DNA of 43,143 nucleotides from a virus. Taxonomy: Duplodnaviria; Caudoviricetes. The notes beneath the pieces were generated by a model, which worked only from the letters and a program-made list of their open reading frames with translations, ran no database searches and was not told the origin of the DNA. Location: the IMG/VR virus record IMGVR_UViG_3300018018_000014, positions 1 through 43,143 of that record. One strand, written 5' to 3'. The position numbers and the translations under genes are program-made. Every line of letters begins with the position of its first letter. Position 1 is the stretch's first letter. Positions 9,401 through 18,500 of the stretch are shown here, piece after piece.

Positions 9401-11967
9401 AAAATAGCTCTTTCGGCTTCTCTTGTGAGTTTCTTATCTTCTGTTGAAGCTGTTTTAACTACCGAACCCTTAAGAGCCTTTCTTAATTCGTCTTTCTTAC
9501 TAGCCTGAACAGTTACTTTTGCAGCTTCGGCCAATTTCTCATCAATTTTCTTACTAATAGCTTCTGCCCCTTCTGGTCCTTCAGAAACTACGTCAAGAGC
9601 ATCAATAATAACTTCAGGATTAATTGTGGTATCGGCAGCAACTTTACTTAAACCACTAATAATTGATTCTGCAATTTCGCTTTGACCAACAGTAGCAATT
9701 TTAATATTTTTCGTATTCCAATATGCAAGTCTCTTAGTATAATCTATACCCTTATCCTTGCTTTCGCTTAAAATCGCCTTACTAAGTTCAACTCTATCCT
9801 TTGTAGATCCGACAAGAGATGAGGCAATCTGACAAGCTTCAACGGGGGTACAACCAGTAGCAATTGCTGTATCGGCAATAGCGGATACAACTGCATTCAT
9901 ATGTTCGCCAGCACTCTTAAATAACTTAGCGTCTCTTTTAGCTGCTCTTTCCCATGGAGCATCGACAGCATCTAACTGTCTTTCGGTTATAACTTCTGGA
10001 ATTGTTCCAGTTCTATTCGGCTCAAGTTGAGATTGTGTAATAACATTCGGAGCATCATCCTTACGAGGAGATACGCCATCCTTATTCTCTAACTGAGCTT
10101 CGGTAATAACTTCAACCTTCTCTTCAGTCCTAGGGTTGAGCTTATTACTTTTCTCAGCTAACTGAGCTTCGGTGATAACGTTCTTTTCGCTATCACTTCG
10201 TTTTTCGGCAATTTGTTTTTCGGTGATAACATTCTTTTCATCATCCGTTCTAGAATGATAAAGGCCCGACTGTTCAAGTTGGGCTTCCGTAATTACTTCA
10301 GGTGCTTTATTAACTGATTTAGCTCCCGCTTCTTTCTGATTACTCATTACTGTATCTCCTTCTTTAATGTTAGTTTTTAAATTGTTCGCAAACGTTCCCA
10401 TAAAATATTGTGCCGCATCTTTAGGACTACCCTTAATCAAGGCTTTTTCTGCATCGTTCAAATCTTCATAAGTCCAAACCATCTCTTGAGATCCATCGTC
10501 TTTATTTTCTGCAACTATGATAAAAGAATCATCTCTTTTCTTAACCGATAATTTATTCTCATTATCCTGTATAGATGGTACCTTATTTATATACTCAAAA
10601 AAGTCTTGCTTTTCCTGCCACAAAGTTGATAAAACTTTTGTGACAATTTGTTTAGAACCCATTTTGTTATCAACTGTACGTCTTTTTGACATATTTTCGT
10701 CTCCTATAGTAATAATCTTATCTCTCAAATTTTGTAGATTTGACACAGTACTGGCGGCTCTTTTCATTTTTTCCATATTATCTTCCGATCTAGGTCTTAA
10801 AGGCGCAGTTATCGGAAGTTTGGGTTTTCCAGCCAAAGGAGCACCCGGAGCACCAGAGACAGTACCCGCACTAGGAGCAGGCGGTGGCATAACAGGAGCG
10901 CCACCTAAAGCTGGATTTGCGGTTTCTGTTATTTGAGGTGACAAACCAGTAGTAGGAGCCGCTTCTGGCGAAACACCCGGAGGCATTTCTGCTGTTCCCG
11001 GAACACCTTGGCTTTGTACGCTTCCATAACCCGCACCAACTAGTTCATCAACAAATGTCTGAAGTTCCGCTAAAATATTTACCAAGTCACTTGCAAATTC
11101 TACTTCTATCTGTTGTCTGTTTTTAATCAACTGTACAGCAATATCTTCTAGGGTCTTTAATACAGTATTAAGTTCATCTACTTCTTGCTTTCCTGCCTGT
11201 TTCTGTAATGCGGCGGTTCTGACCATAAAGACTGAATTTTCAAGATTGGCTACTTTTTTAAGCAATTCGTCATTTTTAATTAATCCTTCAATTCTACAAG
11301 ACTGACAAGCAGGATCAACTACTGCGCTTAATTCGATAAATTTAATTCCATAATTATATTCAAAAACTTGTTCGTTTTTGAATTCTTTTACTTCTCCTGT
11401 AACAACATTTCTAGCTTTTCCACTAAATGTTCTTCCCTTTCTTTCTTTAATATGAGAACAATAATCTTCTGTTTTTTCAGCCCTATTGCCGCAAATATTA
11501 CAAGTGCTATATTCGACAGAACAGCCCATTGAAACGCCAGTAATATATTCTTCTTCGATACTTCTGCATATATGGGGAAAAGCCTCTCTGTCTATAAATG
11601 ATATAGTATATATTGATTCTTCTTCGGGTATCCACTCTGCAAAAATTACCTTACCCCTTGCATTTTCTACATTTTGATTATTATGATTTGTGAAAAATGG
11701 AACGCCTTCAAAAGATTTATAGGCTTTTACAAGTTCTTCTACTGAAAAATAATCACCATTAGAATTGGGTTCATTGGCCTTAATCGCTTTGGCTCTAAAA
11801 AACAAAGCGGTAGGGTGTTTTTGAATTTCGGCTTCTATTATTTTTGCTTTATCAGATCCGGGCTCAACAAAAATTTTACCCGCAGCCGTTCTAACAAATT
11901 TACCACTATCATCATGATTGATATTAAGGGGTACCGTTATATCGCATAATGCATGTTTATAAAGCAT
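6430..11967 (-). CDS. Prohead maturation protease fused to a very long scaffold-like region
   Basis: N-terminal NSNGDYF..FTNH..GVSMGC..CNICG..CSH..FIELSAV, typical of phage maturation proteases; then Pro/Ala-rich linkers, CxxC zinc ribbons and repeats; upstream of MCP. Confidence 0.8.
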   Translation of the reverse strand: MLYKHALCDITVPLNINHDDSGKFVRTAAGKIFVEPGSDKAKIIEAEIQKHPTALFFRAKAIKANEPNSNGDYFSVEELVKAYKSFEGVPFFTNHNNQNVENARGKVIFAEWIPEEESIYTISFIDREAFPHICRSIEEEYITGVSMGCSVEYSTCNICGNRAEKTEDYCSHIKERKGRTFSGKARNVVTGEVKEFKNEQVFEYNYGIKFIELSAVVDPACQSCRIEGLIKNDELLKKVANLENSVFMVRTAALQKQAGKQEVDELNTVLKTLEDIAVQLIKNRQQIEVEFASDLVNILAELQTFVDELVGAGYGSVQSQGVPGTAEMPPGVSPEAAPTTGLSPQITETANPALGGAPVMPPPAPSAGTVSGAPGAPLAGKPKLPITAPLRPRSEDNMEKMKRAASTVSNLQNLRDKIITIGDENMSKRRTVDNKMGSKQIVTKVLSTLWQEKQDFFEYINKVPSIQDNENKLSVKKRDDSFIIVAENKDDGSQEMVWTYEDLNDAEKALIKGSPKDAAQYFMGTFANNLKTNIKEGDTVMSNQKEAGAKSVNKAPEVITEAQLEQSGLYHSRTDDEKNVITEKQIAEKRSDSEKNVITEAQLAEKSNKLNPRTEEKVEVITEAQLENKDGVSPRKDDAPNVITQSQLEPNRTGTIPEVITERQLDAVDAPWERAAKRDAKLFKSAGEHMNAVVSAIADTAIATGCTPVEACQIASSLVGSTKDRVELSKAILSESKDKGIDYTKRLAYWNTKNIKIATVGQSEIAESIISGLSKVAADTTINPEVIIDALDVVSEGPEGAEAISKKIDEKLAEAAKVTVQASKKDELRKALKGSVVKTASTEDKKLTREAERAILEKAISNSEKKADHMIETSFQELGVNKTDANFKSALKSFARGALASQNIKLASITNVTISGDTISIAVQTDEGEESVEIPVGGEAAPAEGETLPEGDLTGENLESTVGGAPTSATSAAAPAGAPVPAPAGAGLPTGYASNKETMKKEAQVPAAGGIPGAPAGGAGGPGAPEQNIPGMPPTDQPPVQSLTTDKPEEVSDEIPTAGEQQPPWATCPECGSSDVEVSEEDGAIKGGKCNACGAEYEALIEKNIKFTLIKSTRSVGKDETTGAPEAPEVPALPVAAQTKLNGDVLKRIASNQEKHGLVCPACGMKQCKASKDEIGHTEFTCPACGTAVEKDVIVNINKPDENYLRVAWDLVPNLEGCAGCVESAKKFASLIKIEGMIKQASSNNSNGTTKFPKANCIEAVAKKYGGNSVATFGPCKGKPLADCICATLEKLGSLTKVRHLEKLASVSMQKDPMDECVEDQMKEKKLERKEAEMACKCMKKTFATEEDDNIFIQAFTEDILSGKEKILTAQDLNTINDLLVTPEEEPKVIEEDLDIADMSIPKETVVPTETAAPVSEEKVSIEVPKEVAQELAAAVEQAVEAIEIEVETEPEVGEIGEAASSDTKSVDTVPSDVASSGAASSDTKSLDIKSDKTEEKDMAIANMQVHKILRIGEEIVKIAATPTKVEHIEVNVEAKVPRKDQKLGEEAKADSLMNKELKKPDVPRKDAYMGKEKEADSLINKELKLPDVAVNSSYMGVNEQSNQKGMPAINNEIKGTVIAKDDKTVKEAKKMKEVDTVEKDVEAKVPRNESKLGEESKADSLINEPNKGPDVPRKDAYMGEESKADSSINKKLDGPDVPIDNAYMGDEKNVQKGMPGINDEMLKQVKQQREVQLERIAYARRMKAVEVTAKLLATKRITEGAYENVIEALSKFEIDKIASVADNMYPMRKQASEAPQGHSVPAIIMESKEQVVSNPVNDMAKKLASHFTIGNKSFDTNLTIYGEK
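6800..7395 (-). repeat. 109-aa tandem duplication with nested ~25-aa repeats (VPRKD..MG.E..ADSLIN)
   Basis: Identical 25-mer TTACGAGGAACCTTGGCTTCTACGT at 7022-7046 and 7349-7373 (period 327 nt). Confidence 0.85.
9970..10310 (-). repeat. Six VIT[EQ]xQ[LI] peptide repeats in the scaffold
   Basis: EVITEAQL, NVITEKQI, NVITEAQL, EVITEAQL, NVITQSQL, EVITERQL. Confidence 0.85.
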
Positions 11968-14274
11968 TTATATCCTCCCTTGATATTTTCTAATAAGATT
12001 ATGAACTTCTTCTGCCGCATCATCTTTGCCCTCACTATCAAGATCTTCGGCAATCTTTATAAGACTTTTAAGGGTAGCAACAATTATTATTCTATTTTTA
12101 TTACTAGCATCCCTATCATATGGGTTTTCTTTATTCCCCTTTTGACGACGTTTTTCTTTTTCTTCTGGGGTTAACAAGGCCTCTTCTTCTGGTGTAAGGT
12201 CTGCGGCTACTGGTACTGGGGGCGGAGTAACTTCTTCTGGCACTGGAACTTTTTCGCCGCCGGGAGTAATATCAAGAGCGGGTTCTTCGTCTTTCGTTTT
12301 CGGAGGTATTTCTTCTTTTGCTTTGACAGTAGTATCTGGAACGTTACCATTCATTAATTGTGCCACTATCTCTTCATCTGGTATACCTTGTTTAATTTTT
12401 CCTTCTACTGCAAATACCATATCGGCGTCACTAACATGTTTTACGTATGTAGGAACATTTAGCCCACCTTTTATTTTTAACACAAGCAATCTTATTCTGG
12501 CCGTTTTTAATTGTTCTTTAGTATATTCGTATGGAGTATTAAATACCTCTATGGCCCTTTGACTTGCTGGGCTGACATTATAGCCATGATGTGGATCTAG
12601 ATTAACAGCGGTTGAAAATGTAACTCTTGCCGCATTTATAGCCTGATTTAGAGTATCATGATAATTAACAGATGTACTAATTGCTTTTTCACTTTCCGGG
12701 GCCGATTCTTGGGTCTCAGATAATTCCTGAACTTCGGGTTCTTCCTCAGTATCTCCAATTTGTAAAATTTTAGGATTAGCCTCAATTTTATTTAATATTT
12801 CTTCTATCTTCTGAGGAGTATAGGCGTATTTTCCTTTCATTTTTCTACTAACCGTTTTATTCATTATTGCGGCGATATCCTCATAAGATCTTGGTTCGTT
12901 TAAATAAGGATCATTTTTGAGACTCCACACTTCATTTAATAATTTTATATTGGCTTCTTTTTGTTTTATAGATTGACGTACACTGGTGGCTTCCTGCGCT
13001 CCGAATGGTCCCTGAAAACATTTATAGCTAGGATTAGGTAATGTAGATTGTAGATATCTAACATATTCTTTTTTATAAGTAGCACCTCTTAATTTTGGAG
13101 GAATACCTTCTATTTCTTCGTCATTTTTCTGTGCCTCGATATCATATTTATAGGGTACTTGAACGTTTTCTACCATAGCCCGAACCGCAGGATCGTTTGA
13201 CGTCAGATCTTCTTTCATCCATCCTTTGGTATTTAAATATATTTTTCTCATTAAATTAGCATTAGTTAGGGCTTCTCTTCTCAACGCTTCTTTTTCTTCT
13301 AAAACTAATGCATTAAACTGTTCTTTGGTAAATTCTTGTCCCTTACTTCTTGCTACTTCTTGTTTTATTTCTGCCCTATCCATTGCCCCTTCATATCCTC
13401 TCTTGGGTGCCTCTAATCCCTTTTTATTTTTTTTGTTTTTTGCAGGAACGGCCTTTAAAAGCGCTTTATCGTACCAAGGAGCGGCAAATTTTCTTAAAAA
13501 TTTATCATATCCTTTAGGATTAAATTTTATTTGCATACCCTTAAAATTAAGCCATGTCTGGGTAGGATCTTTTTCCCATTCTTGAAAAAAGCTTATATAT
13601 TCCTTGCTTTTGGGGTCAAGACTGGGTATTTGGGCTAGTTCTTTTTCTTCCTCTTCGCTGGCCGACATAATAGATTCAGAATTATCGGCAGTTGCATCTT
13701 CTACGGCCATAATAGACAATTTTAAATCATCTGGAGTAAGGCCTAATTCATTTTCAAAGGTTCTGTTCCATTTTATAACTCTTTGATTGGCTGAACCTAC
13801 TACTTTTGCTGGGGTCATAGGAAGTCTTGAAAGAGTTCCTAGATAAAATCCATATTCAGCCTCTCTTATAACGTGTCCTAATCCGTGTCTAGAACCAACA
13901 CTGATATATGGGGCAATACTTATAATATAACCTTCATATCCGGGCTTATATGCTACGAATGATTTGCATATTTTTGAAGCTTCGTCCTGTGAAAGGCCAT
14001 AAAAATTAATTGTTTGTCCTATGGCTTTCTGTCTCATATTTTTGGCTTCGGTTGCTAACATTGGCAAGGCGGCGTTTTTATAAAAGGCTTCTGTCCAAGT
14101 AGAGATATCTTGATCGGCTACTTCTTGAGGTATTTGAATTTTAGATACATCGTTAGGGTCGTCTTCAACATCCCACAACACATATTCTTCGTCCCATCTC
14201 TTATTAACATAGGGTATTGCTCCCATCGCTTCCCTAATCATATTCCAATATTTAAAAAGATTAAATATCTTCAT
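11968..14274 (-). CDS. Hypothetical 768-aa protein, probably head-associated
   Basis: Long ORF abutting the protease gene; MKIFNL..IREA leader; C-terminal LIKIAEDLDSEG..AAEEV helix pair. Confidence 0.8.
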   Translation of the reverse strand: MKIFNLFKYWNMIREAMGAIPYVNKRWDEEYVLWDVEDDPNDVSKIQIPQEVADQDISTWTEAFYKNAALPMLATEAKNMRQKAIGQTINFYGLSQDEASKICKSFVAYKPGYEGYIISIAPYISVGSRHGLGHVIREAEYGFYLGTLSRLPMTPAKVVGSANQRVIKWNRTFENELGLTPDDLKLSIMAVEDATADNSESIMSASEEEEKELAQIPSLDPKSKEYISFFQEWEKDPTQTWLNFKGMQIKFNPKGYDKFLRKFAAPWYDKALLKAVPAKNKKNKKGLEAPKRGYEGAMDRAEIKQEVARSKGQEFTKEQFNALVLEEKEALRREALTNANLMRKIYLNTKGWMKEDLTSNDPAVRAMVENVQVPYKYDIEAQKNDEEIEGIPPKLRGATYKKEYVRYLQSTLPNPSYKCFQGPFGAQEATSVRQSIKQKEANIKLLNEVWSLKNDPYLNEPRSYEDIAAIMNKTVSRKMKGKYAYTPQKIEEILNKIEANPKILQIGDTEEEPEVQELSETQESAPESEKAISTSVNYHDTLNQAINAARVTFSTAVNLDPHHGYNVSPASQRAIEVFNTPYEYTKEQLKTARIRLLVLKIKGGLNVPTYVKHVSDADMVFAVEGKIKQGIPDEEIVAQLMNGNVPDTTVKAKEEIPPKTKDEEPALDITPGGEKVPVPEEVTPPPVPVAADLTPEEEALLTPEEKEKRRQKGNKENPYDRDASNKNRIIIVATLKSLIKIAEDLDSEGKDDAAEEVHNLIRKYQGRI

Positions 14275-14276
14275 AT

Positions 14277-14693
14277 CTATTCCTCTTCTCGCTTTTCCTT
14301 TCTATGTTTCCACTTGTCTACTTTACCCGCTATACCAAACAGAGCCGCCGAAGTATATGGCTTCATGCTTTTAGGACGTGGAACTCCCCATGTCTCAACC
14401 GCATAATTTGCAGCACCATCCATACTATCAAAATATTTTCCTCCAGCAGAATATGTTGCTGGCAATCTTCTTACTCCTGCAAAAAATTTGGCCCTAGGTT
14501 TATGTATACCTGCTGGGCTAATTATGCAATAATATTCTGCTTTGCTATCAAGATCGTTTCCCTCGAATCTAAAATAACTACCGGGACCAACGACATCTTC
14601 GAACTGTTCTTTCAAAAATAAAGTTTTATCGGTGTAAGCTTCGGTCCACCTTATGTTTTTTTCTGCTAATTTTTCTTTAGCAATTACCTTCAT
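14277..14693 (-). CDS. Hypothetical protein
   Basis: 138-aa ORF with GGAG RBS and upstream promoter motif. Confidence 0.75.
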   Translation of the reverse strand: MKVIAKEKLAEKNIRWTEAYTDKTLFLKEQFEDVVGPGSYFRFEGNDLDSKAEYYCIISPAGIHKPRAKFFAGVRRLPATYSAGGKYFDSMDGAANYAVETWGVPRPKSMKPYTSAALFGIAGKVDKWKHRKEKREEE

Positions 14694-14728
14694 GCTTCTC
14701 CAAGAGATAAAAAGACTCTCTTAATTTT

Positions 14729-14753
14729 TTCAACATTAATGCTAGAAAATCCT
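14729..14753 (-). promoter_or_regulatory. sigmaH-like promoter motif
   Basis: AGGA-N16-TTGAA. Confidence 0.65.
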
Positions 14754-17018
14754 TTATTTATTTGGAGAAGGATTGTTTTTCTGAATGATGGCTTCTTTTT
14801 GCATTATGGTTTTAAGAATAGTTCTTATTACCCCACTAATATTTTTATCTATTTCGTCATCTTTAAATCTCAAAATAGTCCAACCAGCCTGAGCCAATTT
14901 CATATCTCTTTCTTTATCATGAGTTATTTGCTTGGGAGACGAGTGAAAAGTCTCTCCGTCTGCCTCTATTCCTATTTTTAAGTTATTAATGGCAAAATCT
15001 ATGGGGTATTCAATATTGCCAAATTTAACAGGAAATTGAGGAACAATTGGATATTTTATTAGTCCATTTTTTTGATTATCAGATAAGGCGGAAACCAGCT
15101 GTCTTTCGCATTTAGTAAAAACTATTCTTCCCTTGGCGTCTCTCATTCCGGGCATATTAGCTGGGTCTGAATCTTGAGGCTTATAAAGTTTCTTTTTCTG
15201 CGAATCTAAACGTTCTCTTGTCTTTTTTTTTAAAATTTTCCCACCATATTGAGAAGGATTTGCTGTCATATCTTGTTGAGCAGTAATACTCATTTTTTCA
15301 GTTGCCATAGGAGCAGGAGGAGCACCGCCGCCTGCAGGAGGAGCACCTATTGGAGCTTCGCCACCCATTGGAGGCATACCACCAGCTCCGCCACCCATTT
15401 CACCACCCATTGGAGGCATACCACCAGCTCCGCCACCTCCGCCTCCAAATCCGCCGCCCATACCACCAGCTCCGCCACCAGCACCACCGCCCATTCCCAT
15501 CAATTGAACAGCGTCATATCTCTTTCTTTCTATTTCCTGATCGGGATCGAAATCAAAAGCCTCTAATACTGTTTGGGCGCTCAATAATCCTTTTTCATAT
15601 AACTGCAAAACAAATGTACGGAACTGTTGCTGATCTCTAAGATGCATTGAGTTCCATTTAACTTTAGGATAAACATATTCTTCCTCTTCACTTTCTTCAT
15701 CTATATCCTTAGGATTATCGTCAATAAATCCTTGTCTCTTAGCCTCTGGTAAATAAAGCTTCTGTTCGATCCAATTAGCAATTTCTCTCCTGAAAGTTTG
15801 AAGTCTTTCTATCATTGCCTCAATACCAACAGCGGCATTTGAGAAATTGGGACCTTCTCCATTTAATAGAGCGTTATTAATCATCATACCATCAAGTATT
15901 TCCTGATTAATTAATTCAAACTCATTGGAAAGGGTTAGAACTTTACCAGCAGCTCCATACCACTCTAATTCAAAAGCATGATGGGTGACGATAGTTAAAT
16001 TAGGATCATTAGCGGTTTGCGCCAGTTGTTCTTGTACGGCAGCAATATCTGCAGGGCCAGCAGGTCTTTCTTCGCTACCTACCTTAACAATTTTTATAGG
16101 AACAATCAATCTTTCTGCGACGATCCACTGTGCAACCATCAACTTGGTTTTATATGATAAAATAGGAAATAATCTTCTAACCATTCCTATTCCATAACGA
16201 GCATATCCACTTTCTCCGTATTTAAGATGAAAAACATTCCTGTTATCTAATCTTATGGGTTTTCCAGAAGCTACTAATTCTCTTACTTCTGGAGTCAATT
16301 TTTCATATCCGGGCGTTCTCCTCTGAACCATATTAATTAATTCTTCATCTGGTTTAAGAGCAATCATTGGTTCAGGATTTAAAGGAGGAGCAATAACTTC
16401 AACAAAATCAGGATTTAACAGGACAATACGACGAATTGTACCACCATCATGTTCGCAAATTTCATCTCCGGTATGTCCTGATCCACCGCAATGTTCGCAT
16501 GAAATTTCTATGAGCGGAAAACAATCGCCCAAAAGATGGATTTCGTGACTCATTAACCTTAACCACTTTCCTAAATCCAACCTTTTCTTCATCGTGTCAA
16601 AATATTTTTTAACTTTTCTATCCTTACATTCGTTTTCAAAATCGTTCATTGGAAAATAAGAATAAAAATCGATAGCAGAGGCTACTTTAGGTTCATTCTC
16701 GTAAAAAAATCTAGCCCACTGATACTGTTCCAATCTCTTAGAAGGAATCTGCCAGTTGATCGGAGTGTGTACCGGAGAGAAAAATTGCGGTTGGCCATAA
16801 ACAATACCAGAATTACTAGAGGCTCCAGCAAACCTATTCATTCCAGCATTAAAAGCTCCGTGAGAAGAAGTGGTGGGAGCATAATTTTGAGAAGGAATAG
16901 ATTTATATTCAGGACTACCGGGAACAATAATTTCTCTCATCTTTGAAGGATCTTGATTGCGCAAAGCTCTAAAAGTTTCGCCCAAATTATTGGTCTGAAT
17001 AAATCCGCCGTTTGCCAT
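14754..17018 (-). CDS. Portal protein with Gly-rich linker and C-terminal DUF559/Vsr-like endonuclease domain
   Basis: Portal-like core (FFYENEPKVASAIDFY, LLNPDFV, LYEKGLLSAQTVLEAFDFDPDQE); C-terminal IDFA..IGIEADG..FH....DKERD..L...GWTILRF. Confidence 0.75.
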   Translation of the reverse strand: MANGGFIQTNNLGETFRALRNQDPSKMREIIVPGSPEYKSIPSQNYAPTTSSHGAFNAGMNRFAGASSNSGIVYGQPQFFSPVHTPINWQIPSKRLEQYQWARFFYENEPKVASAIDFYSYFPMNDFENECKDRKVKKYFDTMKKRLDLGKWLRLMSHEIHLLGDCFPLIEISCEHCGGSGHTGDEICEHDGGTIRRIVLLNPDFVEVIAPPLNPEPMIALKPDEELINMVQRRTPGYEKLTPEVRELVASGKPIRLDNRNVFHLKYGESGYARYGIGMVRRLFPILSYKTKLMVAQWIVAERLIVPIKIVKVGSEERPAGPADIAAVQEQLAQTANDPNLTIVTHHAFELEWYGAAGKVLTLSNEFELINQEILDGMMINNALLNGEGPNFSNAAVGIEAMIERLQTFRREIANWIEQKLYLPEAKRQGFIDDNPKDIDEESEEEEYVYPKVKWNSMHLRDQQQFRTFVLQLYEKGLLSAQTVLEAFDFDPDQEIERKRYDAVQLMGMGGGAGGGAGGMGGGFGGGGGGAGGMPPMGGEMGGGAGGMPPMGGEAPIGAPPAGGGAPPAPMATEKMSITAQQDMTANPSQYGGKILKKKTRERLDSQKKKLYKPQDSDPANMPGMRDAKGRIVFTKCERQLVSALSDNQKNGLIKYPIVPQFPVKFGNIEYPIDFAINNLKIGIEADGETFHSSPKQITHDKERDMKLAQAGWTILRFKDDEIDKNISGVIRTILKTIMQKEAIIQKNNPSPNK
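15361..15437. repeat. 35-bp direct repeat encoding GGAGGMPPMGG in the portal linker
   Basis: Copies at 15361-15395 and 15403-15437. Confidence 0.85.
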
Positions 17019-17078
17019 ATTTTCTCCAATTTAACTAACTATCTATATTATACATAATTAGTGTAATTAATTAGTGTA

Positions 17079-18290
17079 TTATTTTTCTACTACAGGAAAA
17101 TCATCATTAGCTCTATCGGCGGAAGCACCCTCATTCAAACCAACTTCATCAGCGGCCTCTTGTATCATTCCTTGGTCATCATCTAGGGGTCTAAACACAG
17201 CCGTTTCGTTGACCATTTCTCCTAGAACAAATTTTTGGCCATCGAAGTTAAATACCGTTCTGTTGTTAAATCTTTCGGGTTCTACGATAGCGGTTTCGCC
17301 CATAGGCATAGTACTTTTCTGTCCATTAAGAAGTATTACCGGAATATCTTGTACTGCTCTAACTGTTGATCTAGGAGGAAGACTTATTTGAGCATTTTTT
17401 TTTAAGCTAGAATTATCGTGGGCATAAATTATTCCATCGTGGCCCTTTAAGGATTTCATTGCCATTTTATGAACAATCACTACGTCTGGAATAGTCTTCT
17501 TATAATGATCAGCAACCTTGCAAATAATATCTTCGTCTGACAATCCAGCTTCTTTCATTTCTATCATGTCTCCGAACATTTGCTCAACTTTATCTGGTTT
17601 TTCAGTTTCAACAGAAGCTAATTTTACCATTTTAGTACTTGAGGCAGTATGAAAAGTAAGATCTTCTCCCCTAGCCTCACTTAATCTTGATTCTGTAGAA
17701 TATTGATGAGGCCTTGGCAATCTTGTTCTTTCTCCGTGAGCTAACTGCATCTGATTTCCACCATCATCTCCCATTATCTGAAATCTTTCGCCAATATATC
17801 CACCGACCCATTTACCTTCTTTATTTTTAAATTCTCTTGAAAACTTATCCATTACATGCCTACGCCAAAGAGCTTCTGCGCAATAAACTCTATTGGGATC
17901 GTCGTCAAAAACTATACTGTCTAAACACTGGTTACGACAATTATAGGTACTGATCATTCGTTTGCCTACGCTGAATGGAAGTTTTGGACACACCTTAAAA
18001 TCCATATTAGCATATAATGGCGCATCTCTTCCGATGATTTGAGCCTGTTTTACAAGTTTATCTGTCATGTTTTTACCCTCTCTTATTTGCGTTAAATTAT
18101 ATTTGGCTAAAATACCAAATAAAACATTAGATGCGTTTTCATCACCTTCAAATATATTCTTACAAGTCTCTGCAATATCCTTCTCGTCTTTTTGACCAGT
18201 TACTTGCAAACATTTTAAAGCTGCCTCATTCGCCGTTTTTTGATGTCTCACCCACTCTTTTAAATCATTTGGACTTGTAAAAAACTGCAT
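17079..18290 (-). CDS. Hypothetical protein (possible Cys cluster; KQAQ/KLAS/KNAQ motifs)
   Basis: 403-aa ORF, TAATG overlap with the upstream gene. Confidence 0.8.
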   Translation of the reverse strand: MQFFTSPNDLKEWVRHQKTANEAALKCLQVTGQKDEKDIAETCKNIFEGDENASNVLFGILAKYNLTQIREGKNMTDKLVKQAQIIGRDAPLYANMDFKVCPKLPFSVGKRMISTYNCRNQCLDSIVFDDDPNRVYCAEALWRRHVMDKFSREFKNKEGKWVGGYIGERFQIMGDDGGNQMQLAHGERTRLPRPHQYSTESRLSEARGEDLTFHTASSTKMVKLASVETEKPDKVEQMFGDMIEMKEAGLSDEDIICKVADHYKKTIPDVVIVHKMAMKSLKGHDGIIYAHDNSSLKKNAQISLPPRSTVRAVQDIPVILLNGQKSTMPMGETAIVEPERFNNRTVFNFDGQKFVLGEMVNETAVFRPLDDDQGMIQEAADEVGLNEGASADRANDDFPVVEK

Positions 18291-18496
18291 TACTTTTTCC
18301 TCACTAATCCACTAGCTGTCGGTTTATCTTTATCTTTTAAATGAGGCCTTATCTGTTCTAACTTTTTCAGGGCCTTCTTAATTTCATTTTTAGTTTTGCC
18401 GATATCGTTCTTGCCCAAATAATCTAACGCTTCTTTCAATCCATCGTAAGCTTTTTCCATATCATCTGCTAATACTGCTATACGATAGATTTTCAT
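18290..18496 (-). CDS. Small helical protein with MKIYRIA leader
   Basis: 68-aa ORF tightly packed in the operon. Confidence 0.7.
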   Translation of the reverse strand: MKIYRIAVLADDMEKAYDGLKEALDYLGKNDIGKTKNEIKKALKKLEQIRPHLKDKDKPTASGLVRKK

Positions 18497-18500
18497 ATTA

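Noticed and set aside
18285-18302. -1 frameshift at AGG AAA AAG TAA fusing the 68-aa and 403-aa genes
   Set aside because: Imperfect heptamer; the TAATG overlap with a GAGG RBS explains the arrangement.
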